Assembly (NCBI GenBank): GCA_963737905.1
Contig: CAVTUQ010000025.1
Span: 64,001 to 128,000 of the forward strand
Direction of reading: 5' to 3'
Source of the DNA: an uncultured delta proteobacterium
GTDB lineage: Bacteria > Desulfobacterota > Binatia > UBA9968
DNA: 64,000 nucleotides
Positions 7,850 to 17,218 of this stretch are shown here, in pieces. The position numbers and the translations under genes are program-made. The notes under the pieces are model-generated. The model did no database searches. It was not told the DNA's origin and saw only the letters and a list, made by a program, of their open reading frames with translations. Position 1 is the stretch's first letter, and every line of letters starts with the position of its first letter.

Positions 7850-9622
7850 TTATTCCACCTGATTCAGCAAGGTTGGCGAGTGCCGCTTCTCCAAGACCTT
7901 GCCGTTCCCTAGATACATGTGCACGCCGCATGGCAAGCACGGATCGAAGCTCCGCACCGTGCGCATGATGTCAATGCCTTTGAATTTATCTCCAGGTCCG
8001 TTCTCCTCGAATATCGGCGAGTCCTGTACAGCGTCTTCGTAGGGCCCGGGAGTACCGTAGATGTCACGCGGGTTGGCATTCCACGGCGTGGGCGGATAGG
8101 GATGATAGTTGGCAATTTTTCCGTCGCGAATCACCATGTGATGCGAAAGCACGCCCCGCACAGCTTCCGTAAAACCACAGCCGATGGCGTCCTTGGGTAC
8201 CTTGAAAGGTTCCCAAGTTTTGGTGTGCCCGGCCCGCACCTCCTTCAACGCCTGCTCGATAAAATGCAACGCACAGGCGGCGGAATAGGCCTGAAAATAA
8301 GTCCGCGCCCGATCGCGCTCGATGGTATTGCTCCACTTTGGAATCTTCCATTCAAAGGTCACTTCGGGCTTGGTCGCTGTCTTGGGCAGGTTGATGACGA
8401 CGCTTTTGCCGGTCGCTTTCACGTAGCCGATGTCGACCAGTCCTGCCAGCGCTGTCACCCACAACCGCGCAATAGGTCCACCGCCGGTGTCTAGCGCGAG
8501 ATGATCTTTACCGTCGTACCACCGGGGCGACATCACCCAGCTATACTTGTCGTCGAAGTTTCGCTTCTGGGGCTTGGGAATCGTGTGTTGATTCCAGGGA
8601 TGAAGCTCGTCCACCGGATTACCCAGCGGGTCGTTTTTCACAAAGATCTCTTTCCCTTCCCAGTTCTCGTAATACGAATGTCCCAGCAGGATACGGATAC
8701 CGAGGTTGATCTTGACGAGATCTGTAGTCAAAAGTTTGCCGTCCACGACAATACCCGGGGTCACGAACATCTTGCGCCCCCATTCGGTCATGTCGCGATA
8801 ATTGAAATTGCAGTGCTCGGGGTCCTGCAAGCTACCCCAGCAACCGAGCAGGATGCGGCGATCGCCTACTTTTTCGTACCCGGGTAGAGCGTCGTAGAAA
8901 AAATCGAAGAGATCGTCGTGCATGGGAACGACCCGCTTCATGAACTCGACGTAACGCATCAGACGGGTCAGGTAGTCGGTGAACAATTGGATCGTTGCCA
9001 CTGTGCCGACGCCGCCCGGGTAGAGCGTGGATGGATGGACGTGGCGTCCCTCCATCAGACAGAACATTTCCCGGGTCATGCGGCTTACCTGCAGAGCTTC
9101 GCGGTAGAATTCGCCCTCGAGCGGATTGAGTGACTTCATGATGTCGCCAATGGTCTTGTAGCCGTGCGCGCTCGCTTGCGGAGCTTGGGTCTTGGCGGCC
9201 TTCTCCCAGACGCCGGGATTGGTCTCGCGCACCATCTTCTCGCAGAAGTCGACCCCCACGAGATTCTCCTGGAAGATGTTGTGATCGAACATGTATTCCG
9301 CTGCCTCTCCCAGGTTGACGATCCACTCGCCCAGATGCGGCGGCCTGACGCCATAGGCCATATTCTGGGTATAGCAGGAGCAGGTGGCATGATTGTCGCC
9401 GCATATTCCGCAGATCCGGCTGGTGATGAAATGGGCATCGCGAGGATCCTTGCCCTTCATGAAAATGCTATAGCCGCGAAAGATCGACGACGTGCTGTGA
9501 CACTCGGCGACTTTACGCTTGCCAAAGTCGATCTTGGTGTAAATACCCAAGCTCCCGACGATCCGAGTAATCGGGTCCCATGCCATTTCCACGAGATCGT
9601 TGTTCGCCTGTGCCTTGGCCAT
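7850..9622 (-). CDS. hhyL: Group 1h (high-affinity) [NiFe]-hydrogenase large subunit
   Basis: L1 TSRICGICGDNH, L2 RSFDPCLPCGVH, WDPITRIVGSLGI, cleavable C-terminal tail. Confidence 0.96.
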   Translation of the reverse strand: MAKAQANNDLVEMAWDPITRIVGSLGIYTKIDFGKRKVAECHSTSSIFRGYSIFMKGKDPRDAHFITSRICGICGDNHATCSCYTQNMAYGVRPPHLGEWIVNLGEAAEYMFDHNIFQENLVGVDFCEKMVRETNPGVWEKAAKTQAPQASAHGYKTIGDIMKSLNPLEGEFYREALQVSRMTREMFCLMEGRHVHPSTLYPGGVGTVATIQLFTDYLTRLMRYVEFMKRVVPMHDDLFDFFYDALPGYEKVGDRRILLGCWGSLQDPEHCNFNYRDMTEWGRKMFVTPGIVVDGKLLTTDLVKINLGIRILLGHSYYENWEGKEIFVKNDPLGNPVDELHPWNQHTIPKPQKRNFDDKYSWVMSPRWYDGKDHLALDTGGGPIARLWVTALAGLVDIGYVKATGKSVVINLPKTATKPEVTFEWKIPKWSNTIERDRARTYFQAYSAACALHFIEQALKEVRAGHTKTWEPFKVPKDAIGCGFTEAVRGVLSHHMVIRDGKIANYHPYPPTPWNANPRDIYGTPGPYEDAVQDSPIFEENGPGDKFKGIDIMRTVRSFDPCLPCGVHMYLGNGKVLEKRHSPTLLNQVE

Positions 9623-9702
9623 GTTTTTAGCCCTCCTTCATTCGACTTTCGTTTTTGGCCGTCCGACCGGCGCGCGCCTAAATTTCTCTTGCATCCTCAC
9701 CA

Positions 9703-10761
9703 CTATCTTTGGTACCCGGTTGTCAATTCAGTGCCCCGATGCCGCCATTTAGGTTCTTTATCAACTGTCTTTAGAGTGATGCTCCGCAAGCCTCGGATCA
9801 TGCTTCCATAAAGCCCGCTAATTCCCGCAGAGACCTTACTTCCCGGAGGTTCGTCCATAAAAGGCATGAACTTGTCCGGGAACCCCGGCATAGTGCAGCC
9901 GATGCAGATTCCACCCACGTTCGGGCAGCCGCCGATGCCGTTAATCCAGCCGCGTTTGGGCACGTTGCACTTGACCACCGGCCCCCAGCAACCGAGCTTG
10001 ACGATGCACTTGGGCGATCCGTATTCCGTTGCAAAGTCACCCTGTTCGTAATAACCGGCCCGATCACAGCCCTCGTGCACCGTTTGACCGAAAAGCCATG
10101 TGGGACGCAGCTGATCGTCCAGCGGAATCATCGGGGCCTGGCCGGTTGCCTGATAAAGCAAATAGAGAATCGTCTCCGACAGGTTGTCGGGATGGATCGG
10201 GCAGCCGGGGACGCAAACGATCGGAATGCCGGCTTTCGACTTCCAACTCCATCCGAGATAATCGGGCACGCCCATAGCGCCGGTAGGATTGCCGGCCATC
10301 GCATGGATGCCGCCATATGTCGCACAGGTTCCTACGGCCATGACGGCCAGCGCTTTAGGAGCCAGCCGGTCAAGCCATTCGCTCGTCGTCATCGGTTGTC
10401 CGGTCTCGAAGTTATTGCCAAAGCCGCACCAGTAGCCCTCCTTCTTGATCGCTTCATTGGGGATGGATCCTTCAACGACCAGCACGAATGGATCGATCTC
10501 ACCCCGCTCGGCCTTATAAAACCATTTGATGAACGTGTCGGCTCCCGGCTCGCCCATGCCGCCGGGACCGCATTCGAAGTCGATCAGCGGCCAGTGAACC
10601 GCGACCTTCGGCAAGCCCGGCAGCGCGCCGAGCACAATCTCCTCGATGCTCGGCTGCGTGGCGGCGGTGAGCGCCACCGAGTCCCCATCACAGCTCAACC
10701 CGGCATTGATCCACAACACGTGCACTAGAGTCTCATCTGTTTTTGGCGCAGCCATGTTCAT
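9703..10761 (-). CDS. hhyS: Group 1h [NiFe]-hydrogenase small subunit (no Tat signal)
   Basis: WINAGLSCDGDS, GTCATYGG, PGCP, HEGCDR, CIGCTMPGFPD. Confidence 0.95.
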   Translation of the reverse strand: MNMAAPKTDETLVHVLWINAGLSCDGDSVALTAATQPSIEEIVLGALPGLPKVAVHWPLIDFECGPGGMGEPGADTFIKWFYKAERGEIDPFVLVVEGSIPNEAIKKEGYWCGFGNNFETGQPMTTSEWLDRLAPKALAVMAVGTCATYGGIHAMAGNPTGAMGVPDYLGWSWKSKAGIPIVCVPGCPIHPDNLSETILYLLYQATGQAPMIPLDDQLRPTWLFGQTVHEGCDRAGYYEQGDFATEYGSPKCIVKLGCWGPVVKCNVPKRGWINGIGGCPNVGGICIGCTMPGFPDKFMPFMDEPPGSKVSAGISGLYGSMIRGLRSITLKTVDKEPKWRHRGTELTTGYQR

Positions 10762-10994
10762 TGCCTCCTTTGTGTGCTAGCGAACCGCTCCCGCTCGGAG
10801 CTACGCTCCAGGAAAAGATGGGCCTACAGATTCAATTAACGTGATTAATGTAGTCGGCGCATACTCGCAATACGGAGTACGCCCGTTTCTTTTATGAGGG
10901 ATTAGCCGGTTCGCTCCTAGGGGATTCCCCTAGCAAAACTGCAGTACTGGAATGATGAACAATCACTGCTGCAGATAAATAATTCTTTTCAAAA

Positions 10995-11012
10995 CTGTCC
11001 ACTATTAGACAG
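10995..11012. promoter_or_regulatory. Inverted repeat CTGTC-N8-GACAG (candidate operator), duplicated at 20235-20252
   Basis: Conserved upstream of both paralogous membrane-protein genes. Confidence 0.45.
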
Positions 11013-11204
11013 CAATCCTTCCCGAGTATGGTTATATTACCCCAGAGAGCTGTAATGGCGTGCAAGAGGTAGAAGACCGGGCCACACACTCAACGGTGAC
11101 ATGGACTTCGGCTCCGGTTTGAATAGCGAACGTATTCCTGGTGCTGACCCCTCTCCCTCTTCCAATATCCAAAGGCTATCAAGAGCCTCAAAAAGGAGAG
11201 AGTT

Positions 11205-11765
11205 ATGAATCCTCTATTGATCATCGCCGTCCCCCTAGGGTTGGTGATTTTGGGCATGGTGCTAAACGGCATCGGCCTTGCTTACGATCAACCCCCCGGT
11301 TCAGAAGAACAAGATCCTACGAAAAGAGTGGCAGCGGAAAAGGAGATTTACCGAAAGTTCTTCAATCTCCAGAGAACCCGATCTGTAACCAGGCAGAAAA
11401 GGGTCGGCCAGTATGGCTGGTTGCTGATGGCTGCCTTTATCGGCGCTTTCATCTGGCTCTATATGTATACCGTGAACAAAACCACCGCGACGACTCGAAT
11501 TGCCACGCTGCAGACACTGCCGATGGAAGAAGGGAAGGGGACGGTTCTCTTGCTCACGCTGAAGGACGGGAGCAGTGTCAAATACCTGATCAAATCACCC
11601 CCACCCGATACCTCGGATGCCGCCACGAAAGAAGGAATTTCGAAACAGAAGGTCTCATCCTGGGACATGGAACAATCAGGTACGGTCTTGAGTATCGGCG
11701 AGAGTCCATTGCCTCTCGGTGTCGCCCTGAAAGTGTCCGTCGACCCGACAGTAAAAAAAGACTGA
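11205..11765 (+). CDS. Hypothetical membrane protein with two hydrophobic segments (paralogue 1)
   Basis: AAGGAG RBS; clear paralogue of 20301-20858 (shared VTRQKRVGQYGWLLMAAFIGAFIWLYM). Confidence 0.8.
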   Translation: MNPLLIIAVPLGLVILGMVLNGIGLAYDQPPGSEEQDPTKRVAAEKEIYRKFFNLQRTRSVTRQKRVGQYGWLLMAAFIGAFIWLYMYTVNKTTATTRIATLQTLPMEEGKGTVLLLTLKDGSSVKYLIKSPPPDTSDAATKEGISKQKVSSWDMEQSGTVLSIGESPLPLGVALKVSVDPTVKKD

Positions 11766-11807
11766 GTTAAAGCCTCGCCAAAAAAATGGGCGAAGCTTGA
11801 CTGAACG

Positions 11808-11845
11808 TCATTTCCACGTTTCGAGAATTCTCGAAACGTGGAAGT
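11808..11845. repeat. Palindromic repeat P1 (perfect 32-bp palindrome TTCCACGTTTCGAGAATTCTCGAAACGTGGAA)
   Basis: Read directly; preceded by CGTCAT. Confidence 0.9.
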
Positions 11846-12010
11846 GTCTTCACGAAAAACGAACACGAGCACGGCTCTTCAGTCTTTATCCTTCCAAACC
11901 CTTAAATAGTCGCCGCGAAATCGCCTAAACTCCGGGCCATGTCTTGAAAGATGACATGGATTTTCGGGTTTCATCCTTTAATCCCTTTGCCTTTCTCCTT
12001 TGAATGAGGT

Positions 12011-12062
12011 GGCAGTATCTTAGATGGGCGACCACGGATCACGAGCAAGATCACGGTGGTTT
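12011..12062. repeat. Hairpin repeat GGCAGT..CTTAGA..GCGACCACGGATC.CGAGCA.GATCACGGTGGTT (second copy 13310-13361)
   Basis: Two near-identical copies, each about 120-170 bp downstream of a P repeat. Confidence 0.8.
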
Positions 12063-12175
12063 CCCCGAGCATGCGGCCGTACGTTCGTGGTGCGTTCGTC
12101 GAACCATGAAACAGACTCTCCTTGCGGAGGCGTCTATCCCTTGCTTTCACTTTGAAAGCACCTTAGGCTTACTGG

Positions 12176-12667
12176 ATGCGAGGGGCCGCTTTTGACAGCT
12201 CGTTTTGGGTCAATGCAGTTTATCTGGATCTTATCGAGTTCCTGCTTTCGGATTTTGAGTTGATCTGTACTAAGGCGGTGGAAGACGAGTTAGGGCGCGA
12301 TAATTTAACGAGCCGCCGACTCAAGGCATTACTCGCTGACGAGAGTATCAAAAGAGCTGCACCAAGATCGGAAAGGATTAAACTGTATGGAGATGGGGAG
12401 AGAGCCGCTATTAACCTCGCGCTGGAGCGAAAAGTCCTATTGCTCATTGATGACTGGAGGCCTTATGAGGCGGCACAGGCAGCCGGAGTTGAGGTTATCA
12501 ACTCTCTAGCCTACTTGGTCGGGCTTTACGAACAGAAACGAATTACCCTAGAGCGGGCGTTACATGCCCTGGCCAAAACAACGCGCCGCGGAACTTTGAG
12601 ACCCGAATGGATCCAGTCCGCGGTAAGGGTTGTAGCGGAGATCCGACGCAAAGGAGAAAACCGATGA
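12176..12667 (+). CDS. PIN-domain toxin (DUF3368-like)
   Basis: FDSS...AVEDEL...GDGERAAI...LLIDD acidic PIN motif. Confidence 0.8.
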   Translation: MRGAAFDSSFWVNAVYLDLIEFLLSDFELICTKAVEDELGRDNLTSRRLKALLADESIKRAAPRSERIKLYGDGERAAINLALERKVLLLIDDWRPYEAAQAAGVEVINSLAYLVGLYEQKRITLERALHALAKTTRRGTLRPEWIQSAVRVVAEIRRKGENR

Positions 12668-13035
12668 AAAAGGAAAAACACGAGAAAACGACTGTTACCG
12701 TAAGACTAACAGACGAGGAAGATCAGGTCTTGAGCCGTCTCTGCATACTTAAGAAGACCAGCAAAACTGGATACCTTGCTCGTCTCGCTAAGGAGCAGGC
12801 CAAGCAGGAGCTTCTCCGTTACGCCGCCGAAGAATACCTGGGAGAAAGGGCATCCTTAAGCGAGCTGGCGAAAAAGACCGGCCTGGATGTGCCCACCATT
12901 ATGGATGAGGTTGCCAATCTCAAAGGGGAGGACAAGCGTGCGGTGGAGGCTTTTTTGTCGGCCGTGGAAACGATCTCGAAGTTAAACAAAGATCCAGAGT
13001 TCTATAATCTTGCCATCAATGCCGTCAGAGAATAA
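12664..13035 (+). CDS. Antitoxin (RHH plus UPF0175-like HTH)
   Basis: ATGA overlap with the toxin; TVTVRLT, Y...RASLSELAKKTGL. Confidence 0.7.
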   Translation: MKKEKHEKTTVTVRLTDEEDQVLSRLCILKKTSKTGYLARLAKEQAKQELLRYAAEEYLGERASLSELAKKTGLDVPTIMDEVANLKGEDKRAVEAFLSAVETISKLNKDPEFYNLAINAVRE

Positions 13036-13100
13036 ATGCGGCTCCACGGCGACAGCACGTCCGGACCGGGCAGCCCGGTACAGGAGAGCATAGAGCATTC

Positions 13101-13186
13101 GTTTCCACGTTTTTGGAATTCCGAAAACGTGGAAGTGTTACTGGGACTTCATTTCGACGTTTTGAGAATTATCAAAACGTGAAAGT
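13101..13186. repeat. Palindromic repeats P2 and P3 in tandem
   Basis: ttccacgtttttggaattccgaaaacgtggaagt and tcatttcgacgttttgagaattatcaaaacgtgaaagt. Confidence 0.9.
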
Positions 13187-13443
13187 TCCCCCAGGAACGA
13201 CGATGAGCACGGCTTTTTCCTCTCCTTGTCTCCGCACCTCTTTGTCCCGTGGACCGATTTCTGATCGCCTCACCCTTCACGCCTTACCCGGCACAATTTA
13301 TTTGATGTTGGCAGTTACTTAGACGCGGCGACCACGGATCGCGAGCACGATCACGGTGGTTACCCGTGCACGAGACCCGGGCACGGCTCTTTGCTTTCCT
13401 TCCGCTTCCAGCTTTGATCATTTATCTTTGTCGTTGTTTGGTC

Positions 13444-13799
13444 TTAAAGCGGTAGGAAAACAATTGTCTCCTCCCACTCTTCGGCGGTAGTGGCTTCTGC
13501 GATGAGCACCAGGTCATCAATCACTTGTCCTAAAGCAGCAGTCTGAGGCACCAAGATGAGACCGGTCATCGGCAGTCCTGCTTTTAGCCTTTCTTCCGCA
13601 CAGGGACGCATGGTCCGGTGATCATGTGTGATTACAACCCGACCTTGGGTCGCTGCCCAATCAAGGACCGCGGGGTCGGAGGCTTCAGGGAGATCTACTT
13701 CCTGTACAGTGGTGGAATCGAGATCAGATATTCTTCGGCGCACTCCGCGCACGATTCGCCCGTTGAGGTCTTCGTCGAAAGATACTTGACCCGGCTCAC
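13444..13799 (-). pseudogene. DUF5615 PIN-like toxin with a 1-nt frameshift near its N-terminus (possibly a sequencing error)
   Basis: GTG at 13799 overlaps the DUF433 stop. Adding one T to the T-run near 13779 gives VSRVKYLFDEDLNGRIVRG; downstream SDPAVLDWAATQGRVVITHD. Confidence 0.75.
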
Positions 13800-14137
13800 G
13801 AAGGCGTGGGTGATTGGCGGCTGGATAGTAGTTGCTGGCGAAGCTTACTCAGGAAGTCTCTGTGGCGACCGTTGAGCTCCTGTTGGAGCTTTTCTGCGCC
13901 GTCACGGCCCGCTCGAAGGTAGGCATCCACTTTGTCCCGCTTTTTCAGATAGTAGGCAATGGCTTCGTAGACTTGCGCTAGAGAGAGAGACGGAAAGTCC
14001 TGGCAAATTTCTTCCGGCGTCGCGCCCTCCCAGAAGGAATGGATCACGCTGTCTAGAGACACCCGAGTGCCGGCGATACGCCAGGTTCCTTGTGGCGTGC
14101 AGGTCAGCAGATCCGGCAGATCAAGATCGGGATTCAT
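13796..14137 (-). CDS. DUF433 antitoxin
   Basis: RIAGTRVSL...GATPEEICQDFPSLSLAQVYEAIAYY. Confidence 0.9.
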   Translation of the reverse strand: MNPDLDLPDLLTCTPQGTWRIAGTRVSLDSVIHSFWEGATPEEICQDFPSLSLAQVYEAIAYYLKKRDKVDAYLRAGRDGAEKLQQELNGRHRDFLSKLRQQLLSSRQSPTPS

Positions 14138-14216
14138 AAAAAGCCATATTAGACCAGCCAGTTGTTAAGGGCAAATCGCTATTGTGTGTCACTTCCGCCC
14201 TTGGCCCCTCATTACT

Positions 14217-14253
14217 TCATTTCGCCGGTTCGAGAATTCCAAGGAACGTGGTA
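14217..14253. repeat. Degenerate palindromic repeat P4, abutting the IS21 end
   Basis: tcatttcgccggttcgagaattccaaggaacgtgg. Confidence 0.65.
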
Positions 14254-14399
14254 AGATGCGTATTCCGATGAAATCGCCACCGATTCCGAAACAAAGTGGC
14301 ACTGATTCCGGCGCAAATCGGCAGTCCGAGAAATCGGAGCGAAGCGACGCTGGGATTTTGTTCATAGCCTAAAGGTTCTCTTTATTGCAAGTCCGGTGA

Positions 14400-15128
14400 T
14401 CATTTTTTCGTTTTTCTGATCGATTCTCCTTTCAGTTCGATTTTAAAACTGTGGTGAAGCAGGCGATCCAAGATGGCATCGGCGACGGTGGGCTCCCCGA
14501 TGATTGTGTGCCAGTCTTTGATCGGGCACTGGCTGGTAATGACGGTGGGAGCCTTATGGTAGCGGTCCTCGATGATTTCGAGCAGATCATTGCGTTGAGA
14601 ATCATCGAGCGGAGTCAGAAACAGATCATCGACGATGAGCAGTTGGACCTTGGCCAGCCGGGTCAGCATTTTAAGATGCGAGCCATCCGCTTTAGCCCCA
14701 AGCAGCATTTCGAACAGACGTGGAGCGCGCAGATAGAGAACCGTATGGCCGTGGCGGGCAGCGAAGTTACCGAGGGCACAGGCAATGTAGCTTTTACCCA
14801 CGCCGGTGGGGCCAGTCAAAAGCATAGTTTGATGACGAGTGATCCAGTCTGAAGAAGAGAGTTCCAAGAGGGTTTGTTTGTTTAAGCCACGGGGATGTTT
14901 GTAATCGATGTCTTCGAGACAAGCGGGTTGGGTGAGCTTAGCGTTTAGGAGGAGGCGTTTAAGGCGGAGATTATCGCGGTAAGTTTTTTCGTCCTGGACA
15001 ATCAGGCCGAAGAACTCCTGGTGGGAGAGATCGACGGATGAGGGATGAGCGATCTTGTCGGTAAAGCTTCGGGCCATACCGAAGAGTTTGAGGGAGTTGA
15101 GGGTGTGCAGAGTTTGTTCGGTAAGCAT
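14400..15128 (-). CDS. istB: IS21 helper ATPase IstB
   Basis: GPTGVGKS Walker A, LLIVDD Walker B, ADAILDRL. Confidence 0.95.
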   Translation of the reverse strand: MLTEQTLHTLNSLKLFGMARSFTDKIAHPSSVDLSHQEFFGLIVQDEKTYRDNLRLKRLLLNAKLTQPACLEDIDYKHPRGLNKQTLLELSSSDWITRHQTMLLTGPTGVGKSYIACALGNFAARHGHTVLYLRAPRLFEMLLGAKADGSHLKMLTRLAKVQLLIVDDLFLTPLDDSQRNDLLEIIEDRYHKAPTVITSQCPIKDWHTIIGEPTVADAILDRLLHHSFKIELKGESIRKTKK

Positions 15129-15259
15129 CAGAGATTTTCCTTTCTAGTTTTGGTTGCGGTTTAAAATTGGGGGTAGTCTACCCCTTCAGCCCATTGAGAA
15201 CGTGCGTTAATGAGGCTTTAAACGCGTCGTTTTTTGTTTCGATCATCTGATTTTCACCC

Positions 15260-16036
15260 TCAGTGGTAAGACTGGCCGCCGCGGATGTTGTCGTGGGCCG
15301 GCAGCACCGCCGTCGAGCCCGAGTCTCTTTGTTCCAACCGATCCAGTCCGTTCTCCAACATTTTGCGCAGCGCTTTGAGCGAGAGATTCGAGTAGCGCAG
15401 CGCCCGAGCGGCGGCGTTTTCCAGACGCTCTTTGGGATAGTGCTTATCGAGGCGCAGGATGCCCAGACACGAGCGGTAGGCTTGTTCGGGGTGGGAGCGG
15501 CTCTCGATGATGGTTTTAACCAGTCGAGCGGTGTGCGGACCGGTCTTTTCGGCCCAGCGGATGAATCGCGACGGGCTCCATTCGGCATAGGCCCGGTGGG
15601 TCGGTGGCATGTGTTCTTTGAGCGTGGTGTGCTGATGGGGCACAAAACTTCGCAGGTGGGTGGCTATGCGCTGGCCTTTGCGAAAGGCCTCCACCGTGTG
15701 GGCAGTAAGCCGCACTTGGAGTCTTTCGCCTTTAAGTTTATACGGCACGCTGTAGTAGTGCTCGTCGACTTCGATGTGGTAATCGATGTTGACACCGGCG
15801 ATCTTCCACTCGGCGTACTGGTAAGATTTCTGGGGCAGGGCCAGAGCGTTGGGCTGATCGAAGAGTAAAAAGAGCTGGCGGCGCGATTGCTTGAGTTTGC
15901 GCAGTGCTCGGTTATTCAAAGGTTGGAGCAGTTCACCGATGGCGGCAATAGAGATCGGCCAAGGTGTAAAACAGTCCGATGGCGCAAGACGGCCAGGATC
16001 CAGCGCTTGGCGATCAGCACGCCATTTTCCACCTGC
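15260..16036 (-). pseudogene. istA: IS21 transposase IstA, C-terminal fragment
   Basis: VENGV..AKRWILA (frameshifted), DYHIEVDEHYYSVP, HDNIRGGQSYH; DDE N-terminal part absent. Confidence 0.88.
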
Positions 16037-16109
16037 CTTATGAAAGTGTACATTTGAAATCTACCATTTAGAAAATGGATGGGATGGGCGGTTTGCTACT
16101 AAACGACGG

Positions 16110-16153
16110 CTTGAACGGAGCGAAGCGATTGAACGGCTGGAACGATTGGAACG
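16110..16153. repeat. TTGAACG-type tandem repeat cluster
   Basis: cttgaacggagcgaagcgattgaacggctggaacgattggaacg; same family as 24284-24495 and 28103-28197, in reverse orientation. Confidence 0.75.
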
Positions 16154-16240
16154 TGTGCCCGCTATGTTGGCATCGCTGGAGAGCCGTGCTAGGATGCATC
16201 ACTACGCTGCACTGTTGATGCACAAGAATTGAGGGGGGCC

Positions 16241-16504
16241 ATGAAGGCAATCACTTTAAGAAACCTACCGCCGGACCTGGCGAAAGCCGTGCGCAGGGAA
16301 GCAGAGCGTAAGCGGACAAGTATCAACAAGGCGGTCATCAGCTTGCTGGAGAGCAAGGCGGATATTCAGAAGAAAAAGAAGGGTCGAAAACCGCATCACC
16401 AAGAGCTGGACGCTTTGGCCGGGTCATGGAGTAAGAAAGAGGCGGAGGAGTTCGACAAAGCGTTGGCCGCTCAGAGACCCATTGATCCCGATTTGTGGAA
16501 GTAA
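16241..16504 (+). CDS. FitA/VapB-like RHH antitoxin
   Basis: MKAITLRNLP...TSINKAVI...LAGSWS; directly upstream of vapC. Confidence 0.85.
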   Translation: MKAITLRNLPPDLAKAVRREAERKRTSINKAVISLLESKADIQKKKKGRKPHHQELDALAGSWSKKEAEEFDKALAAQRPIDPDLWK

Positions 16505-16903
16505 ATGCGGTTGTTGCTCGACACCTCCGCTTATTCAGCGTTTATGAGGGGACATGCGGAGATTAGGGCTGCCGTTCAGAGCAATGAAGAGATCTTTCTA
16601 AACTCGGTTATTTTGGGCGAACTCATCGCGGGGTTCATCAAAGGCGGGCGGAGGAGGAAAAACGAAAATGAGCTTCGAAGGTTTCTGGCGTCTCCTCGCG
16701 TAGGGGTTTTGAACGTGACTGAGGAGACGGCCGAAAGATATGCGGTCATTCTCAACTTCCTCTGGCGTGCCGGCACACCTATACCGACAAACGATATCTG
16801 GATTGCGGCCAGTGCTATGGAGCACGGCCTTCGCGTGGTGACGACTGATGATCACTATCAGAAGGTCCCTCAGGTCATGACCGATTATTTCCCGGTCGTA
16901 TAG
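16505..16903 (+). CDS. vapC: VapC PIN toxin
   Basis: LLDTSAYS...GEL...IPTNDIWIAASA...VTTD. Confidence 0.93.
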   Translation: MRLLLDTSAYSAFMRGHAEIRAAVQSNEEIFLNSVILGELIAGFIKGGRRRKNENELRRFLASPRVGVLNVTEETAERYAVILNFLWRAGTPIPTNDIWIAASAMEHGLRVVTTDDHYQKVPQVMTDYFPVV

Positions 16904-16909
16904 GCTAAT

Positions 16910-16950
16910 TCATTTTGACATTTCGGGAATTCTCGAAAGACTGAAATGTC
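16910..16950. repeat. Palindromic repeat P5
   Basis: tcattttgacatttcgggaattctcgaaagactgaaatg, 6 bp after the vapC stop. Confidence 0.75.
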
Positions 16951-16988
16951 ACGATAAGTTTGCCGCAGTAATTTGTTCCACGGCTTCC

Positions 16989-17018
16989 TTGACAACTGTC
17001 ACATTTTTTGGGTACACA
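16989..17018 (+). promoter_or_regulatory. Sigma70-like promoter with an overlapping TGACA-AC-TGTCA operator
   Basis: TTGACA -35 box and a palindrome just upstream of the ATG at 17024. Confidence 0.5.
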
Positions 17019-17023
17019 TATCT

Positions 17024-17218
17024 ATGGGTCGATGGAAGCGTCATGGCGTCATAGTCGTGCTGTTTTCCACCGACCACGATCCGAAGCACGTTCATGTGTT
17101 TGAGGACAGGAAGCGCCTTCTGAAGTTCAATCTCGAAACGTGGACGGTGATGGAGGGAAAGATGACGCCGAAGGCGAAGAAGGCTTTGGAGACTTTACGG
17201 AAAGAGGGGATTTTATGA
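17024..17218 (+). CDS. DUF4160-family putative toxin
   Basis: FSTDHDPKHVHV motif. Confidence 0.75.
   Translation: MGRWKRHGVIVVLFSTDHDPKHVHVFEDRKRLLKFNLETWTVMEGKMTPKAKKALETLRKEGIL

Larger units (their letters stand above)
14257..16036 (-). mobile_element. Truncated IS21-family element (right end, istB, 3' part of istA)
   Basis: End TGCGTATTCCGATGAAATCG with internal gattcc repeats; 5' part of istA missing. Confidence 0.85.

Noticed and set aside
6444-7862. 472-aa plus-strand ORF
   Set aside because: Antisense shadow of the IS110 transposase with no recognisable motifs
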